This document shows positions 17,598-26,165 of a DNA stretch of 64,000 bases, in pieces. A program made the translations under genes and the position numbers. This DNA is from Solirubrobacterales bacterium (GTDB taxonomy: Bacteria; Actinomycetota; Thermoleophilia; Solirubrobacterales; 70-9). Positions within the stretch are counted from its first letter, which is position 1; each line of letters starts with the position of its first letter. The notes under the pieces are model-generated. The model was not told the origin of the DNA, did not search any database, and saw nothing but the letters and a program-made list of their open reading frames with translations. Where the stretch lies: the NCBI GenBank assembly GCA_019456285.1, contig VRUE01000003.1:1867-65866 (forward strand), written 5' to 3'.

Positions 17598-18566
17598 TCA
17601 GGCGACGATGGTCAGGGCGCCGGGGGCGATGCGCAGCTCGACCCGCGTCCGCTCGCCGATGTAGTCGCCGTCGACTTGGACCGGGAAGGGGCGGGTGATG
17701 CCGTCCTTGGTCTCCGAGATCGAGGTGACGGTGGCCGCGGCGATGTCGTCGAAGTGCTCGATCTGGCGGTGCCGGGCGGCCGGGCGGCGCTCGCTGAGCA
17801 GGCGCGTCACCAGGGTCGGCATGTCGCGCTGGGCGGCCCGCTTGAGGACGCCGAGCGAGAGGGTGCCGTCATCGATCTCGATCCCCTCGCAGACCCGCAC
17901 CGGCCGCCTCGCGAAGTAGGTGAAGGGGTCGGAGTTCTGGGCCAGGGCGGCTATCCCCTCGGCCGTCTCGCCGCCGTCCGTCTCGACCCGCACCCGGACC
18001 GGGTTGCGCAGGTAGCTGCGGTAGAAGCTGGCGATCGCCGCCCAGCTGTAGTAGTAGGGCCCGACCCTGGCCTTCAGCTTCGGATGCGCGTCGACCCGCT
18101 TGACCACGGTCGCGTCGATGCCGACGCCGCAGGAGAAGACGAAGTGGCGGTCGTCGATCGTGCCGAGGTCGATGCGGCGCGGCGCCCACTCGTCGGCCAG
18201 CGTCAGCAGGTGCTCGGTCGCGTCGACGACGTCGTTGGGGATGCCGAGGGTGCGGCAGACGACGTTGGTCGAGCCCCCCGGCAGCACCGAGACCGGGACG
18301 TCGGCGCCGGCGAGGCCGTTGACGACCTCGTTCAGCGTCCCGTCGCCGCCGAAGGCGACGACGATGTCGAAGCCGTCGTCGCGCGCCTCGCGCCCCAGCT
18401 CGATCGCGTGGTTCTGCGCCTCGGTGGAGACCGCTTCGACCTCGTAACGGCCCTGCAACGCGTAGACGACCAGGTTCTTCAGCCGGTCCGACACGGTCGT
18501 CGCGCAGGGGTTGACGATGACCAGCATCCGTTTCTTCGCGGCGCGCGCCCTACCCGGTCGCCTCAT
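17598..18566 (-). CDS. diacylglycerol/lipid kinase family protein (YegS/BmrU-like)
   Basis: LVIVNP..., VVAFGGDGTLNEVVNGL, LPGGSTNV..R.LGIP. ATG 18566 is preceded by GGGGAGGTGA at SD distance. Confidence 0.85.
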   Translation of the reverse strand: MRRPGRARAAKKRMLVIVNPCATTVSDRLKNLVVYALQGRYEVEAVSTEAQNHAIELGREARDDGFDIVVAFGGDGTLNEVVNGLAGADVPVSVLPGGSTNVVCRTLGIPNDVVDATEHLLTLADEWAPRRIDLGTIDDRHFVFSCGVGIDATVVKRVDAHPKLKARVGPYYYSWAAIASFYRSYLRNPVRVRVETDGGETAEGIAALAQNSDPFTYFARRPVRVCEGIEIDDGTLSLGVLKRAAQRDMPTLVTRLLSERRPAARHRQIEHFDDIAAATVTSISETKDGITRPFPVQVDGDYIGERTRVELRIAPGALTIVA

Positions 18567-19554
18567 AGCGGATCACCTCCCCGTCGTCGACCTCGCGCAC
18601 CCGTCCCTCGTTGACCAGCAGGTCGGTGTGCCCGATCACCTCCGAGAGGGTGAGGAAGGCCTGGGTGACCGCGACGTTGCCCCAGACCGCCTGCGCCAGC
18701 TCGTACCCGGTGCGTGGCTGCGCGGCGATCAGCTTGTAGATCTTCTCCTTGCGGCGCTCGTGCATGGCGAGGCGGTCGTCGATCAGCGCCACGTGGTCGA
18801 CGATCGGCTCGCCGTGGCCGGAGAGGACGATCTCGGCCGGCATCTCCCGTGTCTTGCGCATCGACTCGATGTAGGTGACGAGCGCCTGGGTGCGTTCGGA
18901 GGAGCCGTCCAGCGGCCGGCTGATCAGCGGGTTGGAGGAGATGTGGGCGATCAGGTGGTCGGCGGCGATCAGGATGCGGCGCTCCTCGTCCCAGAAGACC
19001 GTGTCGGAGGGGCTGTGGCCCGGCCGGTGCAGCGCCTGCAGCGTGCGGTCGCGGAAGCGCATCTCTTCGCCGTTGGCGAGCGGCCGCGTCACCTCCGCCC
19101 GGGCGCCCCAGCCGTGGAAGCTGCGCGAGACGCCCTGCAGCGCGAAGGCGACGTTCTCGGGGATGCCGTTGCGCTGCATCAGCCCCACCGCAAGGCGGTC
19201 GTCGCGCTCGGCGTCCTCGCCGAAGTTGGCGAGCTGCTCGGCGGCGAGGCCGATCGCCGCCACCTCGGCGCCGGAGTGCCGGACGATTATCTCGACCAGG
19301 CCGAGATGGTCGATGTGCTGGTGGGTGAGGATGACCAGCTCGAGGTCGTCGATCGAGTGGCCGCGCTCGCCGAGCTGGCTCTGCAGCTCGTCGAGCGCCT
19401 TGCCCGAGTTGGGCCCGGTGTCGATCAGGGTCAGCGGCTCGTCCTCGAGCAGGTAGCAGTTGACCCGCCCGACCGCGAACGGGGTGGGGATGCGGAGGCG
19501 GTGGATGCCGGCGGCTTCGGCCTGCCGAAGCGCCTGCTCGGGGGTCGGGCTCAC
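18550..19554 (-). CDS. MBL-fold metallo-hydrolase
   Basis: LTHQHIDHLG motif, and a later HRPGHSPSD. Start placed at GTG 19554, which forms a GTGA overlap with the PMM stop. The longer 374 aa ORF would run inside the PMM gene. Confidence 0.85.
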   Translation of the reverse strand: MSPTPEQALRQAEAAGIHRLRIPTPFAVGRVNCYLLEDEPLTLIDTGPNSGKALDELQSQLGERGHSIDDLELVILTHQHIDHLGLVEIIVRHSGAEVAAIGLAAEQLANFGEDAERDDRLAVGLMQRNGIPENVAFALQGVSRSFHGWGARAEVTRPLANGEEMRFRDRTLQALHRPGHSPSDTVFWDEERRILIAADHLIAHISSNPLISRPLDGSSERTQALVTYIESMRKTREMPAEIVLSGHGEPIVDHVALIDDRLAMHERRKEKIYKLIAAQPRTGYELAQAVWGNVAVTQAFLTLSEVIGHTDLLVNEGRVREVDDGEVIRYEATG

Positions 19555-20933
19555 GCCCGTATCAACCCCAGGACCTCGTCTCGTTTCTCCTCCATGTGCT
19601 CTGGGGAGAGGAGCGACTCCAGGTTGAGGCGCAGCAGCGGCTCGGTGTTGGAGGGCCGGACGTTGAAGTGCCACTCCGGGTAGTCGACCGAGACCCCGTC
19701 GAGTCGGGCGATCCCGCCGTCGGCGTAGCGTGCGGCGATCTCGGCCAGCTTCGCCTCGGAGTCACCGACCTCGGAGTTGATCTCACCGGAGATGAAGTAG
19801 CGGGAGCGGAACCCGGCCATCAGCTCGGCCAGCGCCTGCCCGCCGGTCGAGAGCAGCTCCAGCATCAGCAGCGCCGGGATCGTCCCCGAGTCGGCGCACC
19901 AGAAGTCCCGGAAGTAGTAGTGGCCGGAGACCTCGCCTCCGAACATGGCGCTGTGATCTCGCATGCCCTGCTTGAAGAAGGCGTGCCCGACTCGGGAGAG
20001 GGCGGAGCGGCCGCCCCCTGCGGCGACCAGGTCGGGAACCGCCCGGCTGGAGCGCGGGTCGTAGAGGATCGTCGCGCCGGGGCTCTTGGCCAGCGCGGCG
20101 CGGGCGAGCAGCGCGCAGACGAAGTCGCCGTCGCAGAACTCGCCGCTGCCGTCGACGAAGAAGCAGCGGTCGGCGTCGCCGTCCCAGGCGATCCCCAGGT
20201 CGGCGCCGGTCGAGCGCACCCGCTCGACGATCAGCCGCCGGTTCTCCTCGAGCAACGGGTTCGGCCCGTGGTCGGGGAACTCGCCGTCGGGCTCGAAGCA
20301 GATCTCGTCGAGGTCGAGGCCGAGCCTGCGCAGGATCGGCCCGACCATCGGCCCCGCCATCCCGTTGCCGCCGTCGACCACGAGCTTCATCGGCCGCACC
20401 GCCTCGGGGTCGATGAAGGAGAGCGCCTGGCTGCGGTACTCCTCCCAGATGTCGACCTCCTCGAAGCGGCCGCCGCCGGGGGCGTGGCCGAGGCCGGCCT
20501 CGATCTCGCGGCGCACGTCGCCGATCCCGGTGTCGCCGGAGAGTGCCAGCGTCCCCTCGCGGACCAGCTTGACGCCGGTGTAGGCCTTCGGATTGTGGGA
20601 GGCGGTGACCATCGCGCCGCCGTCGAGCTGCCGCGAGCCGACCAGCTGGTAGAGCATCTCGGTCGCGACCATCCCCGCGTCGAGCACCGTGGCGCCCTCG
20701 AAGATCAGCCCGTCGCGCAGCTCCGCCGCCATCGCTGGCGCGGTCAGCCGCATGTCGCGGCCGAGCCCGACCCGCAGCTCGCCCGGCTCCCTGCCGCGCA
20801 GCCGCGCCAGCACCCGGGCGAAGGCGCGGCCGATCGCGTGCGCGGTCGTCTCGTCCATCTCGGTGCCGTAGAGGCCGCGGATGTCGTAGGCCTTGAAGAT
20901 GCCGGGCGGCGCAAGCGGCGGCTGCTCAGTCAA
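19551..20933 (-). CDS. phosphomannomutase/phosphoglucomutase
   Basis: FKAYDIRG, active-site TASHNP, GIAWDGDADR, and GGE.SGH blocks. TTG start preceded by GAAGGG. Confidence 0.9.
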   Translation of the reverse strand: MTEQPPLAPPGIFKAYDIRGLYGTEMDETTAHAIGRAFARVLARLRGREPGELRVGLGRDMRLTAPAMAAELRDGLIFEGATVLDAGMVATEMLYQLVGSRQLDGGAMVTASHNPKAYTGVKLVREGTLALSGDTGIGDVRREIEAGLGHAPGGGRFEEVDIWEEYRSQALSFIDPEAVRPMKLVVDGGNGMAGPMVGPILRRLGLDLDEICFEPDGEFPDHGPNPLLEENRRLIVERVRSTGADLGIAWDGDADRCFFVDGSGEFCDGDFVCALLARAALAKSPGATILYDPRSSRAVPDLVAAGGGRSALSRVGHAFFKQGMRDHSAMFGGEVSGHYYFRDFWCADSGTIPALLMLELLSTGGQALAELMAGFRSRYFISGEINSEVGDSEAKLAEIAARYADGGIARLDGVSVDYPEWHFNVRPSNTEPLLRLNLESLLSPEHMEEKRDEVLGLIRA

Positions 20934-21417
20934 AGCTGCCCTTCAGCGCCGCGTAGCTCTGCTCCAGGGTCTGCGGCATCACTCTGGTGTCGGCGATCAC
21001 CGGCATGAAGTTGGTGTCGCCACCCCAGCGCGGGACGACGTGGAGGTGGATGTGGTGCTCGACCCCGGCGCCGGCGACACGGCCCTGGTTGAAGCCGACG
21101 TTGTAGCCGTGCGGGTCGTAGACCCGCTCCAGCCGGCTCATCGCCCGCTGCGCCAGCGCCATCATCTCGGCCAGGGTCTCGGCGGGCAGCTCCTGAAGGC
21201 GGCCGAGGTGCTCGTACGGGGCCACCATCAGGTGCCCGTTGGTGTAGGGGAAGAGGTTGAGGATCACGAAGCAGTGCTCGCCGCGGTGGACGATCAGGTT
21301 CGCCTCGTCGTCATCCGCCGCCGGCTTGGCGCAGAAGATGCACTTCTCCTCGATGTCCTTGGACGCGTCCTTCACGTAGGCGAGGCGCCAGGGCGCCCAG
21401 ATGCGGAAATTTGCCAC
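20926..21417 (-). CDS. HIT-family protein (Ap4A phosphorylase-like branch)
   Basis: WAPWR..Y, CIFC, N..PY..GHLMV.P..H, and a histidine triad HHIHLHVVPRW.GDTNFMP. Confidence 0.9.
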   Translation of the reverse strand: MANFRIWAPWRLAYVKDASKDIEEKCIFCAKPAADDDEANLIVHRGEHCFVILNLFPYTNGHLMVAPYEHLGRLQELPAETLAEMMALAQRAMSRLERVYDPHGYNVGFNQGRVAGAGVEHHIHLHVVPRWGGDTNFMPVIADTRVMPQTLEQSYAALKGSFD

Positions 21418-21429
21418 GGGCCGCTGAGG

Positions 21430-22437
21430 CTATAGCCATCCGCGCTTGCGGAAGTAGGCGATCATCGCCGCGAACATCGCGACCATCGCGCCGACGATCA
21501 CGTAGAAGTCGGCCTGGTCGCCCTCGCCGGGGACGCCGACGTTCATCCCCCAGATGCTGGCGATCAGGGTCAGGGGCAGGACGATGACGCTGATCGAGGT
21601 CAGCACGCGGAGGATGTCGTTGACGCGGTGGGAGAGCATCGACTCGTTGGTCTCGGCCAGCGCCTCGATCACCTCCTTGTAGTTTTCGAGCATGTCCCAG
21701 ATCCGCTCGTGGGCGTCGACGATGTCGTCGAAGTAGATCTCCAGGTCGAGGTCGGTGGCCAGGTAGCGCTGCTTCACCTTCTCCAGGTCGCGGAGGACGG
21801 GCCGCTGTGGGCGGATCACCGTGCGGAAGTTGATGATCTCCTGCTTGACGTTGGAGATGTCGCGCACGACCTCCTCCGAGCGCCCCTCGAAGATCTCGTC
21901 CTCGAGCGCGTCGAGCTTGTTGCCGATCTTGCGCAGCATCGGGAAGCAGTAGTCGAAGCTGTCGTCGACCAGCCGGTAGAGCAGGTAGCCGGAGCCGCGC
22001 AAGAAGAGCTGTTCGCGCAGCTCCTGCTTGGCGCGGCAGCGCTCGAACAGGTACTCGACTGGCTGCAGCGGCTGGTTGGGGATCGTCACCACGTAGCCGG
22101 GCCCGACGAAGAGGTCGAGCTCGCCCGTCCCCAGCCGCCCGGCCGCCGGGTCGAAGACGGGGAAGTGCAGGACGATGAACAGGTAGTCGTCGTAGACGTC
22201 GATCTTCGGTCGCTGGTTGCGGGAGAGGACGTCCTCGAGGTCGAGGGCGTGGAAGTCGAAGTTCTCTTCCAGCCAGGCCCCCTCCGGCGCCCCCGGCCGC
22301 TCGATGTTGACCCAGCGCAGGCCGGCGGAGTCGATCTGCTCGACGTTCGGCGTCTGCGGCTCAGCCTGCGGGGCCGGCGGGATGAGCTCGCCGCGCCGGG
22401 CACTCCGCCGCAGCCTCGGCTTCGGAAGGTTCGGCAT
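21430..22437 (-). CDS. corA: magnesium/cobalt transporter CorA
   Basis: C-terminal LPLTLIASIWGMNVGVPG (GMN motif) plus a second TM helix. Start at ATG 22437 (MPNLPKPRL...). Confidence 0.9.
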   Translation of the reverse strand: MPNLPKPRLRRSARRGELIPPAPQAEPQTPNVEQIDSAGLRWVNIERPGAPEGAWLEENFDFHALDLEDVLSRNQRPKIDVYDDYLFIVLHFPVFDPAAGRLGTGELDLFVGPGYVVTIPNQPLQPVEYLFERCRAKQELREQLFLRGSGYLLYRLVDDSFDYCFPMLRKIGNKLDALEDEIFEGRSEEVVRDISNVKQEIINFRTVIRPQRPVLRDLEKVKQRYLATDLDLEIYFDDIVDAHERIWDMLENYKEVIEALAETNESMLSHRVNDILRVLTSISVIVLPLTLIASIWGMNVGVPGEGDQADFYVIVGAMVAMFAAMIAYFRKRGWL

Positions 22438-22543
22438 CGGCCTGGCTGATCTTCTCGTCGGGCATGGGCGCACAAGGTTAAACGCCGCTGCGCGCCTGGA
22501 CTGAACGAAACGTCCCCTGATAGGCTTCCCCCAACATAAGCGC

Positions 22544-22658
22544 CACATCTAGAGGGGTGGAGGGACTGGCCCAGCGAAGCCCCGGCAACCACTCCGGACC
22601 ATTGGTTCGGAGAGAGGTGCCAAGTCCAGCAGGTCATCTGAAAGACCTGGGAGATGTG
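22544..22658 (+). promoter_or_regulatory. SAM-I (S-box) riboswitch aptamer
   Basis: CACATCTAGAGGGGTGGAGGGACTGGCCCAGCGAAGCCCCGGCAACC...GGTGCCAAGTCCAGCAGG...CCTGGGAGATGTG matches the S-box core blocks (AGAG.GG.GGAGGGACTGGCCC..GAA.CCCGGCAACC, GGTGC.AA.TCCAGCAG). P1 is CACATCT/AGATGTG. Confidence 0.9.
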
Positions 22659-22675
22659 GGGAAAGTCCGATCGGA

Positions 22676-22706
22676 CCTCTGCCCCACACGAGGCGGAGGT
22701 TTTTTT
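22676..22706 (+). terminator. riboswitch expression-platform intrinsic terminator
   Basis: CCTCTGCC-8 nt-GGCGGAGG followed by T7. An alternative antiterminator TGTGGGG (22655-22661) pairs with CCCCACA (22682-22688) and shares bases with the 3' half of P1. Confidence 0.8.
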
Positions 22707-22736
22707 GTTGGCGGCGTCGACAAGAAGGAAGATCGG

Positions 22737-23969
22737 ATGTCAATCGAGAGTCTGAGGTGCAAGGAGTGCGGGACGGCCTGCGAGCTGGATGCGCGCTACG
22801 TCTGCGAGAGCTGCTTCGGCCCGCTGGAGGTGGCCTACGACCACTCCTCGCTCGACCCGGCCGAGGCGAAGCGCCGCATCCAGGCCGGCTCGCAGGGGAT
22901 CTGGCGCTATGCCGACTTCCTCCCCTTCGAGGGGCGGCCCGGCGACCCGCTGGAGCCGGGCCTGACCCCGCTGCTGCGCGCCGACCGCCTCGCCGAGCGG
23001 CTCGGGATCGATGCCGAGCTCTGGGTCAAGAACGACGCCGCCAACCCGACCCACTCCTTCAAGGATAGGGTCGTCGCGGTCGCCGTCGCGAAGGCCCGGG
23101 AGCTGGGCTTCGAGACGGTCGCCTGCGCCTCCACCGGCAACCTCGCCAACGCGCTCGCCGCCCACGCCGCCGCCGCCGGCCTCGGGTCCTACGTCTTCGT
23201 CCCCGCCAATCTGGAGGAGCAGAAGCTGCTCGCCACCGGGGTCTACGGCACCAACCTGGTCGGCGTCCGCGGCAACTACGACGACGTCAACCGCCTCTGC
23301 ACCCAGCTCGCCGAAACCCGGCCCTGGGCCTTCGTCAACGTCAACCTGCGCCCCTACTACGCCGAGGGCTCGAAGACGCTCGCCTACGAGACGGTCGAGC
23401 AGCTCGGCTGGGAGCTGCCGGATCGCGTCGTCTGCCCGATCGCCTCCGGGTCGCTGTTCACCAAGGTGGGCCACGGCTTCCAGGAGTGGCTCGACCTGGG
23501 GCTGGTCGACGGCGAGCAGCCGGTCTTCAACGGCGCCCAGGCGCAGGGGTGCAGCCCGGTCGCCACCGCCTTCGCCGCGGGCTGGGAGATCTGCAAGCCG
23601 CAGCGGCCCGAGACGATCGCCAAGAGCCTGGCGATCGGCGACCCGGCCGACGGGCCCTACGCGCTGGAGCACGCCCGCCGCACCGGCGGCACGATCGACG
23701 CGGTCAGCGACGAGGAGATCCGCGACGGCATCCGCCTGCTGGCCGAGACGACCGGGATCTTCACCGAGACCGCGGGTGGGGTCACGATCGGGGTGCTGGC
23801 CAAGCTCGCCGAGCGTGGCGAGATCGCCGCCGGAGAGCGCCTCGTCGTCTACATCACCGGCGAGGGGCTGAAGACGCTCGACGCGACTCGCGATAGGTTC
23901 CGGATGCACGAGATCGACCCCGATCTCGACAGCTTCGAGTCCGAGTTCCGCCAGGCGGTAACCGCCTGA
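22737..23969 (+). CDS. threonine-synthase-family PLP enzyme with N-terminal 4-Cys zinc ribbon (possible O-phosphohomoserine-dependent homocysteine synthase)
   Basis: CKECG...CESCFGPLEV ribbon, then a ThrC-type fold (NPTHSFKDR lysine motif, ASTGN, GS...). It sits directly behind the SAM riboswitch. Confidence 0.9.
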   Translation: MSIESLRCKECGTACELDARYVCESCFGPLEVAYDHSSLDPAEAKRRIQAGSQGIWRYADFLPFEGRPGDPLEPGLTPLLRADRLAERLGIDAELWVKNDAANPTHSFKDRVVAVAVAKARELGFETVACASTGNLANALAAHAAAAGLGSYVFVPANLEEQKLLATGVYGTNLVGVRGNYDDVNRLCTQLAETRPWAFVNVNLRPYYAEGSKTLAYETVEQLGWELPDRVVCPIASGSLFTKVGHGFQEWLDLGLVDGEQPVFNGAQAQGCSPVATAFAAGWEICKPQRPETIAKSLAIGDPADGPYALEHARRTGGTIDAVSDEEIRDGIRLLAETTGIFTETAGGVTIGVLAKLAERGEIAAGERLVVYITGEGLKTLDATRDRFRMHEIDPDLDSFESEFRQAVTA

Positions 23970-24241
23970 TGCCGATCACCGTGAAGATCCCGACCCAGCT
24001 GCGCGCCGCGACCGGGGGCGAGGCCGAGATCGAGGCCTCCGGCTCGACCGTCGGCGAGGTGCTCGACGCGGTCTTCGACGCGCACGGCGACCTGCGCGAG
24101 CGGATCACCCAGAACGGCGACCTGCGCCGCTTCGTCAACGTCTACGTCTGCGGTGAGGACATCCGCTTCCGGGAGGGCCTGCAGACGCAGATCGACGAGG
24201 GCGACGAGGTGACGATCCTTCCCGCCGTCGCCGGCGGCTGA
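23969..24241 (+). CDS. MoaD/ThiS-family sulfur-carrier protein ending in Gly-Gly
   Basis: 90 aa. VKIPTQLR...GEVLDAL......L...I..........FVNVYV...DIR...GL.T.I.EGDEVTILPAVAGG stop. 1 nt overlap (TGATG) with the upstream gene. Confidence 0.85.
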   Translation: MPITVKIPTQLRAATGGEAEIEASGSTVGEVLDAVFDAHGDLRERITQNGDLRRFVNVYVCGEDIRFREGLQTQIDEGDEVTILPAVAGG

Positions 24242-24333
24242 CGGGCGTGGCACGGCGCATGTCGGCGTCCTCGGTCGCTTGTGTGCAGAGCACGCCACGC
24301 TCCCTGCGTCCTTGACCTGCTTGGCCACGCCCG
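24242..24333. repeat. family-1 intercistronic palindromic repeat, copy B (full length)
   Basis: Closing stem CGGGCGTGGC (24242-24251) pairs with GCCACGCCCG (24324-24333). It has the same arms as copy A. The central hairpin is GTGTGC-AGA-GCACGC. It starts immediately after the TGA of the sulfur-carrier gene. Confidence 0.8.
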
Positions 24334-24365
24334 CCAGCCGCGGTGCCGGGCAGCGCCCGCCGGTC

Positions 24366-25082
24366 GTGATTCTCTGTGGGGGGCGGGGGACGCGGCTGCG
24401 GGAGAGGACCGAGTCGGTGCCGAAGGCGCTGGTCGAGATCGGCGGTCGGCCGATCCTCTGGCACGTGATCGGGATCTACGTCGCGCAGGGGTTCGAGCGG
24501 TTCCTGCTCGCCACCGGCTACCTGGGGGAGATGGTCGAGGAGTTCGCCGCCGCCGAGCGTTGGCCGGCGGGGGTCTCGGTCGAGTGCGTCGACACCGGGC
24601 TCGAGACGCCGACCGGGGGGCGGATCGCGCGGCTTGCCGACCGGCTCGGCGGCGAGCGGTTCTGCGCGACCTACGCCGACGGCGTCGCCGACGTCGACCT
24701 GGCGGTGCTGCTCGGCTTCCACCGCTCCCACGGCGCCCTGGCGACGGTGACCGTGGTGCGGCCCCGCCTGCAGTGGGGGGTGGTGGAGCTCGACGGCGAC
24801 GGCCGGGTCGAGGGCTTCGTCGAGAAGCCGCGCAGCGACCGCTGGATCAACGGCGGCTTCTTCTGCTTCGAGCCGGGGGCGCTCGGGTACCTGGACGAGG
24901 ACAGCGTGCTGGAGCGCCAGCCGCTGCGGCGGCTGGCCGCCGACGGGCAGCTCCGCGCCCACCGGCACGAGGGCTTCTGGGACTGCATGGACACCTACAA
25001 GGACGCGGTCGTCCTCAACGACCTCTGGGCCGGGGGCGAGGCGCCGTGGAAGGTATGGTCGGCGGAGGTCGAGCCGCGGTGA
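24366..25082 (+). CDS. rfbF: glucose-1-phosphate cytidylyltransferase (start uncertain; TTG 24321 is the alternative)
   Basis: VILCGGRGTRLRERTESVPKALVEIGGRPILWHVIGIY and the rest align by eye with RfbF (VILAGGLGTRLSEET..KPKPMVEIGGKPILWHIM). The upstream part of the ORF is the translated repeat. Confidence 0.82.
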   Translation: MILCGGRGTRLRERTESVPKALVEIGGRPILWHVIGIYVAQGFERFLLATGYLGEMVEEFAAAERWPAGVSVECVDTGLETPTGGRIARLADRLGGERFCATYADGVADVDLAVLLGFHRSHGALATVTVVRPRLQWGVVELDGDGRVEGFVEKPRSDRWINGGFFCFEPGALGYLDEDSVLERQPLRRLAADGQLRAHRHEGFWDCMDTYKDAVVLNDLWAGGEAPWKVWSAEVEPR

Positions 25083-26044
25083 AGCGGGCGCTGGTCACCG
25101 GTGGCCACGGCTTCGTCGCCTCCCACCTGGCGCGGGCATTGCTGGAGCGCGGCGACGCGGTCACCGTGCTCGACCTGGCCTCGCCGCGGCTCTCGGGGCT
25201 GGCGCTGCAGGGGATCGAGTCCGGGGTCGAGCGGGTCGAGGGAGACCTGCGCGACGCGCCCCTGGTCGGCGCGACGCTGGAGGGGGGCGAGTTCGACGTC
25301 GTTTTCCACCTCGCCGCGCGAACGCTGGTCGGCGCGGCGATGGCCGACCCGGTCGCGACCTTCGAGGTCAACGTGCGCGGCACCTGGACGCTGCTGGAGG
25401 CCTGCCGCCGCGCCGCCGCGCCGGCGGTCGTCGTCGCCTCCTCCGACAAGGCCTACGGCCCCCACCGGCAGCTGCCCTACCGCGAGGACTTCCCATTGCG
25501 TCCCGCCTCGCCCTACGAGGCGAGCAAGGCGGCGGCCGAGGCGATCGCGCTCAGCTACCGTCCCGCCTACGGCCTGCCGGTCGCGGTCACCCGCTTCGCC
25601 AACGTCTACGGCGGCGGCGACCTCAACTTCTCCCGGCTGATCCCGGAGGCTGTGGTCGCGGTGCTGGAGGGCCGCCGCCCGGCGATCCGCTCCGACGGCA
25701 GCCCGCAGCGGGACTTCCTCTTCGTCGATGACGCGGTCGGCGCCTACCTGGCGATCGAGCAGGCGCTCGACGCCGACGGTCCGGCGGCGGGGGAGGCGTT
25801 CAACGCCGGCGGCGAGCGACCCCACTCGGTCGCCGAGGTGCTGGAGGAGATCGCCGCGGTGTCGGGCGGCGGGGTCGAGCCGGAGTACCGCGGGGCCGGC
25901 AACCCCGAGGGCGAGATCGACCGCCAGTACGTCGACTCCGCGAAGCTGCGCGAGCTGACCGGCTGGCGGCCCGGGGTCGGGCTGCGCGAGGGCCTGCGCC
26001 GCACCCTGGAGTGGTACCGCGAGCACCCGGAGGCGCGACCCTGA
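25079..26044 (+). CDS. NAD-dependent epimerase/dehydratase (CDP-glucose 4,6-dehydratase-like)
   Basis: ALVTGGHGFVASHL Rossmann motif and SSDKAYG / YEASKAA catalytic Y-x3-K. GTGA overlap with rfbF. Confidence 0.85.
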   Translation: MKRALVTGGHGFVASHLARALLERGDAVTVLDLASPRLSGLALQGIESGVERVEGDLRDAPLVGATLEGGEFDVVFHLAARTLVGAAMADPVATFEVNVRGTWTLLEACRRAAAPAVVVASSDKAYGPHRQLPYREDFPLRPASPYEASKAAAEAIALSYRPAYGLPVAVTRFANVYGGGDLNFSRLIPEAVVAVLEGRRPAIRSDGSPQRDFLFVDDAVGAYLAIEQALDADGPAAGEAFNAGGERPHSVAEVLEEIAAVSGGGVEPEYRGAGNPEGEIDRQYVDSAKLRELTGWRPGVGLREGLRRTLEWYREHPEARP

Positions 26045-26165
26045 TGTGCGGGCGCTTCACGGTCGACACCCGAAGCTGAACAAGGCCGGCAGGGGAATCG
26101 AGGGGCCCGAGCTGCTTATCGCCCCGGGGGTGAGTGAGTTTGACCCCCGCTATGGGTGGATAACC

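Noticed and set aside
22438-22543. A possible Mg2+ (M-box) riboswitch in the corA 5' region.
   Set aside because: Only about 100 nt are available, and these are shared with the divergent riboswitch promoter. I could not find any of the conserved M-box helices.
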